Assembly (NCBI GenBank): GCA_964016885.1
Contig: OZ024745.1
Location: 58,652,001 to 58,716,000, forward strand
Length of the DNA stretch: 64,000 bases
Direction: 5' to 3'
Source: Eledone cirrhosa
Lineage: Eukaryota
In this document: positions 56,867 to 64,000 of the stretch, one piece after another
Numbering within the stretch: position 1 is the first letter of the stretch
Layout of the letters: each line of letters begins with the position of its first letter
The notes under the pieces: generated by a model
What the model was told of the DNA's origin: nothing
The model's input: only the letters and a program-made list of their open reading frames with translations
The model's database searches: none
Made by a program: the position numbers and the translations under genes

Positions 56867-57091
56867 CAATAATGTTTTGAACAGTTCTTTGATTCTTATA
56901 TTTCATATAACTGCTCTGTAAATCATCTGATGTTTTTACATTGAGCTACTTAACTTACTGGTAATAAGGTAGTAATACATTACTGCCTACCACTATTTAG
57001 GGTGTGTGTAAAATACTTACAACTGCTTAAGGTTTTGTGTTTACATAACCATAAATAGTATAACTAATACTATATATATATATATATATAT

Positions 57092-58920
<1,829 letters not shown>

Positions 58921-58983
58921 TATATATATAACGGTGTGAAGGTCTCACCGAGAATATATATATATATATATATATTAAGGTGG

Positions 58984-59048
<65 letters not shown>

Positions 59049-59050
<2 letters not shown>

Positions 59051-59345
59051 AAAAAAGATGAAATCGAAAATACAACTGGAGTCTTTTTAAGAATATTTAT
59101 TTGGTTCTTTTACCGGTTTCGCAGTTCTTATGCTTTTCGAAAATAGAATTGAGATGGAGGGTTTGTGGTTATTCTCGCATCCGATGCGAGAAAAATCACA
59201 AACCCTCTATTTCAATTCTACTTTTGAAAAGCACAAGAACTGCGAAACCAGTAAAGGAACCAAATAAATATTCTGAAAAAGACTCCAGTTGCATTTTCGA
59301 TTTCATCTTTTTTCCTTATACTTTCACTCATGTTAGGACATCTCA
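59049..59345. mobile_element. ~130-bp-arm fold-back with HHR-like 3' half, in (TA)n
   Basis: Imperfect palindrome centred at ~59181; cGAAAC-cg-GTA then AATAAA; the + arm is longer. Confidence 0.5.
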
Positions 59346-59375
59346 TTTTTTTTTTCATTTTGAAAAAAAAACCTC

Positions 59376-59853
<478 letters not shown>

Positions 59854-59855
59854 TA

Positions 59856-59899
<44 letters not shown>

Positions 59900-60422
59900 G
59901 GAGAGAGGGAGGTGGGGAAGGAGATTATTTAATTAAAACAGATTAAAAGAGAGACAAATGTGACGTCTACAGTTAAGTTTTATAGTCGAATCATAAAACA
60001 TTTCTTTATGAATCAACTTGAAAGGCAGTCAGAAGAGATTTTACTTTTAATGAAATGAAAAATTTATGGCAGATAAACTAGTTGAGAAACATTGCCGACG
60101 CTGTCTTTTTTTTTCTTTCTACAGATTGAGTGTTTTTGAATGTGAATCAGTAATCTGTAGAGTTTATTGAATATAAGGCCAGTGGATTAAATTAAATGAC
60201 CTATAAGCCAACTTTGATTAATGTAGAAAAAAAGTATCGTTATTATTATTATTATTGTTATTGTTGTTGTTGTTAAGAATGAGGAGGGGATGGTGATGAA
60301 AAAGCGAAACCTCAAGAGAGTTAAAGAGTCTAATGTCAATTTATATACAATTAATCTTTCTCAGTCCCACGCATCAGCCTCACTCTCTCTCTATCTTTAC
60401 ACACGCATATATATATGCATAC

Positions 60423-60475
<53 letters not shown>

Positions 60476-60477
<2 letters not shown>

Positions 60478-60770
60478 TCAGAGCTGTATGGGAGCATCCC
60501 AAAAGTCAGCTCAAAAGTGACACAGAGGAGACTGAGGTTGGCTGGACATGCTCACCGACATCCAGAGTTGACATTGCACTCAGTGCTCCTTTGGGAGCCC
60601 CCACATGGACACACTAGAAGAGGAAGACCAAGGTTAACGTATGTTGATGCCCTAAGGACAGACACTGGTCTGTCGGAGATGCAGGACATGGCGGCGATGA
60701 TGAGGGACAGAGACCGCTGGAGAGAACTCGTCCATGGATCTCGGGAATTTTACCCGCCTTAGATAGATAT
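60476..60770 (+). mobile_element. RTE-like LINE 3' end, second copy, in (TA)n
   Basis: SELYGSIPKVSSKVTQRRLRLAGH...WRELVHGSREFYPP; (TAGA)n tail. Confidence 0.85.
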
Positions 60771-61743
60771 ATATATATATATACGTCAATACTCATCTTT
60801 TTCTATTTCTTATAGGATTCTAAACCTCACTATCAGGCTAAAATTTCTTTAGTAAAAAAAACCCAATCATTTCATCACAAAATTAAGAATGACAATTTAC
60901 TCATCTGCCTGGTGCCAACATATAAGATGAACTCTTAAAACCTATCCCTCTAAATAATCAAGCAGCAATAGACAGAAAATAAAATGACATAAGTTGTATA
61001 TATGGTTGACATACTCTCCTTTGTGGTAATCCTAGAGAAACAATACTATTTACCCACACTCTGTTAGGCCTGGATTTTATTTATACCCCTATAAATTTCC
61101 CCTTACTGTAAAGACAGCCATCAATAACATTTTGAATAAATTTGTAACTCGGTATGTGTATATAACAGCACACTTTGCCAATCAGCTGTTTAGTTTCGAT
61201 TCCTGTTTATTACTCATTCATTGCATTCATATTTTACTTTTATAATGTCCCTCAGCAAGTTTTAAAGTCTACACAATTTCATTCCTCCCAATCAATACAA
61301 AATATATTGCTTATGTCAGTAATTTATAGTCATTAACCGTTTGTCAAATTCTAAAAGCTTCACTAGTAAATGTAAAACGATATTGGGTGCTAAGGAAGCG
61401 CAAATATCTTCTGATGCTTAGATGAGTTTAATACTGTCAGCTTTTAGTGTTTAGGATGAAGATAGATATTGTTTTTATGAGTAGTATTTAAAGATTGTTT
61501 ATCTGATACGTCTAACTTTATATTTCAATGTAATCTAGATCGATTTCCGAGAGGAAATTATTCGCTTTGAATTAGTACTTTAGATGTTGCATTTCTATTA
61601 ATAAAAACACTTATTATAATATTGCTGGGGTATATAAAAGCAAGAGTGGATTTGATGTATTAGTGTTCTAGATTGTAATGTCAATGATGTTATTCGACAG
61701 TTGTTACAGTTTAGCTGGATATCAATTCTGATCAAGCAGACAT

Positions 61744-63162
61744 ATGATCAAAGTCGTTTTAACATTGGATGTCCCGTGTTTTGGGAGCACGAATGTCAGC
61801 CTCGATGCTGCGAGCTTTGCAGCTTCCGTCTTGGACGTGCGGTCCATTCTCCGCCAGGTTCAGGTGACCCCCAAAGAGGATGTCCTCATCCTCGGGTCAC
61901 CGATCCACCCGCCGGCCATCCGCTCCACCATCAGGTACAGGCTTAAACAGCTCCAGACTCTCACGAGCCGACTGGGCTTGATTGACGGCCATCCAGCTCG
62001 CTTTCTGCTGAGGAACTGCTTCGCCGTGCCGAAGCTCCTCCATACACTCCGCAGCGCTCCGTGCTACACCCAGACATCTCTCCTCGTTGACCTCGATACT
62101 TGTATCCGAACAGCAGCCGAGGAGATATGCAACGTCAAGTTTGACGACATAGGGTGGCAACAGGCCACTTTACCTGTCAGGTATGGCGGCCTAGGCCTCC
62201 GGTCCCCGATCTCACTAGCTTTGCCGGCGTATCTCTCGTCGGTAACCTCGTGCCACGTTCTCGCCAGCAGGGTTCTTCAAAACACAACAGAACCCTCTGT
62301 GTTCAGAGAACGCGAGGCCGCCTGTGAGACGTGGGACAGGCTGGGACTTAGCCCAGTAGACGTCCCTCCTCCTTCTCCTCTTGTTGACGTCAAGTCCCCC
62401 CAACGCACTTGGGATGCCATCCAGTGCAGCCTGGCCTCAGACAGGCTCACGCGCCAGCTTGACCAGCACCGCCTTGCTTGTTTTCGTGCGGCCTCCAAAC
62501 CCCACAGTGGTGCCTGGCTCCATGCCCTCTCCACTGGCACGCAGCTATACAAAAATAGCCTGCGCACCGGCGTTTCCCTGAGGCTAGGCCGCCGGATCTG
62601 CCAGCCACACCAATGTCGCTGCGGTTCCACCGTGGACTCTTTCGGCCTCCACCCGCTTTCCTGTCGCCACAGTGCCGGCCGCATTCCACGCCATGTTGCA
62701 CTCAACGAGGTCATTAAGCATGGCTTGGACGCTGCAGGCTTCCCTTCCCAGATCGAGCCGGTGGAGTTGGATCGAGGGGACGGCAAAAGGCCAGATGGCA
62801 TGACCATCTTCCCGACCGCGGTGGCAAACCCCATCGACACTTTCTGCAGCCGCAACTTGGTGCAGTGTGTGACTGACCCGGGTTCTGCTGTACGTCGGGC
62901 TGAGGGGACCAAACGCCTCAAATACCGGTTGCTCTCCGACAGGTTTGCGGTCCTACCCCTGGCAGTGGAGACTTCTGGTGTCCTCGGCTCCAGGGCTACC
63001 TCCTTTCTCACCACCATAGGCGCTGAGCTGGCCAGCCGCAGGTGTGAGCCCCGCGAGTTGGGGTGGCTATTCCAGCGCATCTCCCTCGCCGTCCCCCGGA
63101 GAAACGCCTTCTCCATTCTGTCCGCCGGGGCTGTGGGTGCGCCCCATCGCATACCGTTGTAG
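61744..63162 (+). pseudogene. CRE-like non-LTR retrotransposon, 5'-truncated (RT C-terminus, zinc knuckle, RLE)
   Basis: ILGSPI, LLRNC..PKLLHTLR, QATLPVRYGGLGL, SGAWL, CRCG..D..G.H.LSC, RHVALN, KRPDG, AVETSG; the WDATC segment is missing relative to the 32255 copy. Confidence 0.85.
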
Positions 63163-63771
63163 TTTTTGTAGAACAAACAGGAGGACTACAATATATATAT
63201 GTATACAATATATATACAATATATATATACTAAATTAAGTGATGCAGTCATCTTTTTTAAGATGGTTAGTGTGACTTTGGAGGTATTTGGCTGCTATTTA
63301 TTGCATATCTACTGATTACGTAAGGTCACTCGCGTTGGTTTAATGTATTAGATTTTTGACTTTGGTGGTAGTGGTGGCTTTAGTCAGAATAGTAGCTATA
63401 GTTTGTGGTGTGAAGCGTTGATTGATATTTTTGTTGTAATTTTCCTCTAGGTCAGCCATAATCGATTGAACGAACGATCAAATACGTACTAACCATAAAC
63501 ATTCCATCATTCGTTTTTCATTTAGGAGAAAATTATTGTGTGCATCCTTTTTATAAGAGAGGGCGTGAATTGAGGGAGATTTGGATGCTATTTCTAGTAT
63601 GTTTTGTGACTATATAGGAGTCTTCTTATTGATTGGAGGGGGTAGGTAGTATTAACAACTGGAAGTAGTTGAGTCACTAAAGATGGTAGTCGCTTTGGTA
63701 GTAGATTTGTGATGTTAGTATAAGTTATGAATAAACGTTAATACAATAGTTGTAATGCTGGACGTGGTACT

Positions 63772-63895
63772 ACGAGTAAAATTGGTAAAGCATTAGACAA
63801 AATGTATTGCGGTATTTAGATACGGTTCTTTACGTACTGAGCTCAAATCACGCTTAGATCAATTTCGCTTTCGTCCTCCCGAGGTCGATAAAATA
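63772..63895 (+). mobile_element. Old degenerate MetaSINE-type copy
   Basis: ctgagctcaaatc...tttcgctttcgtcctcccgaggtcgataaaataa. Confidence 0.5.
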
Positions 63896-64000
63896 ACATG
63901 TCAAACAATGGGATTAATATAATTGATTCTTCTCCTCCCTCAAAACGGAGTTTTCCTGTCTATGTTAGAACGGTGAACTCTTGTTGTTGTTGTTTAGAAG

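Larger units (their letters stand above)
52695..57070 (+). mobile_element. Penelope-like retroelement (Naiad-type), 5'-truncated, with inverted pLTR arm, in (TA)n
   Basis: 52695-53137 is the reverse complement of 56467-56909; RT+GIY-YIG frame; HHR at 56820-56866; ~160-nt tail. Confidence 0.92.

Noticed and set aside
62277-63176. 299-aa minus-strand ORF (also the antisense ORFs over 9143-10115 and 32280-33034)
   Set aside because: Antisense shadows of GC-rich retroelement frames; no recognisable motifs.

Overview
AT-rich, microsatellite-saturated animal genomic DNA. The SINE families, (TA)n/(CA)n/(GA)n density and overall repeat landscape suggest a cephalopod such as Octopus (inference). No host protein-coding gene can be called confidently. 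Most ORF-track entries are microsatellite translations. The window is mainly retroelements: (i) Penelope-like elements (PLEs, Naiad-type GIY-YIG with Cys/His motifs), including one 5'-truncated copy with an uninterrupted RT+EN frame (53138-55375) and ~443-bp inverted pLTR arms, plus more than a dozen PLE 3' fragments and fold-backs embedded in (TA)n; (ii) about ten sequence-divergent type I hammerhead ribozyme (HHR) families in those 3' ends; (iii) two CRE-like RLE retrotransposon copies; (iv) RTE/CR1-type LINE fragments; (v) about 20 tRNA-derived MetaSINE-type copies and other SINEs; (vi) a hAT-like transposase remnant. The most notable unexplained signal is a covarying RNA hairpin (CUC-stem-loop-stem-2-nt bulge-GAG). 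It lies 30-70 nt downstream of the HHR where one is retained, recurs in about nine otherwise unalignable PLE-type families, and sits in the 'tail' missing from the inverted arm. All RNA folds were read by eye, not computed.
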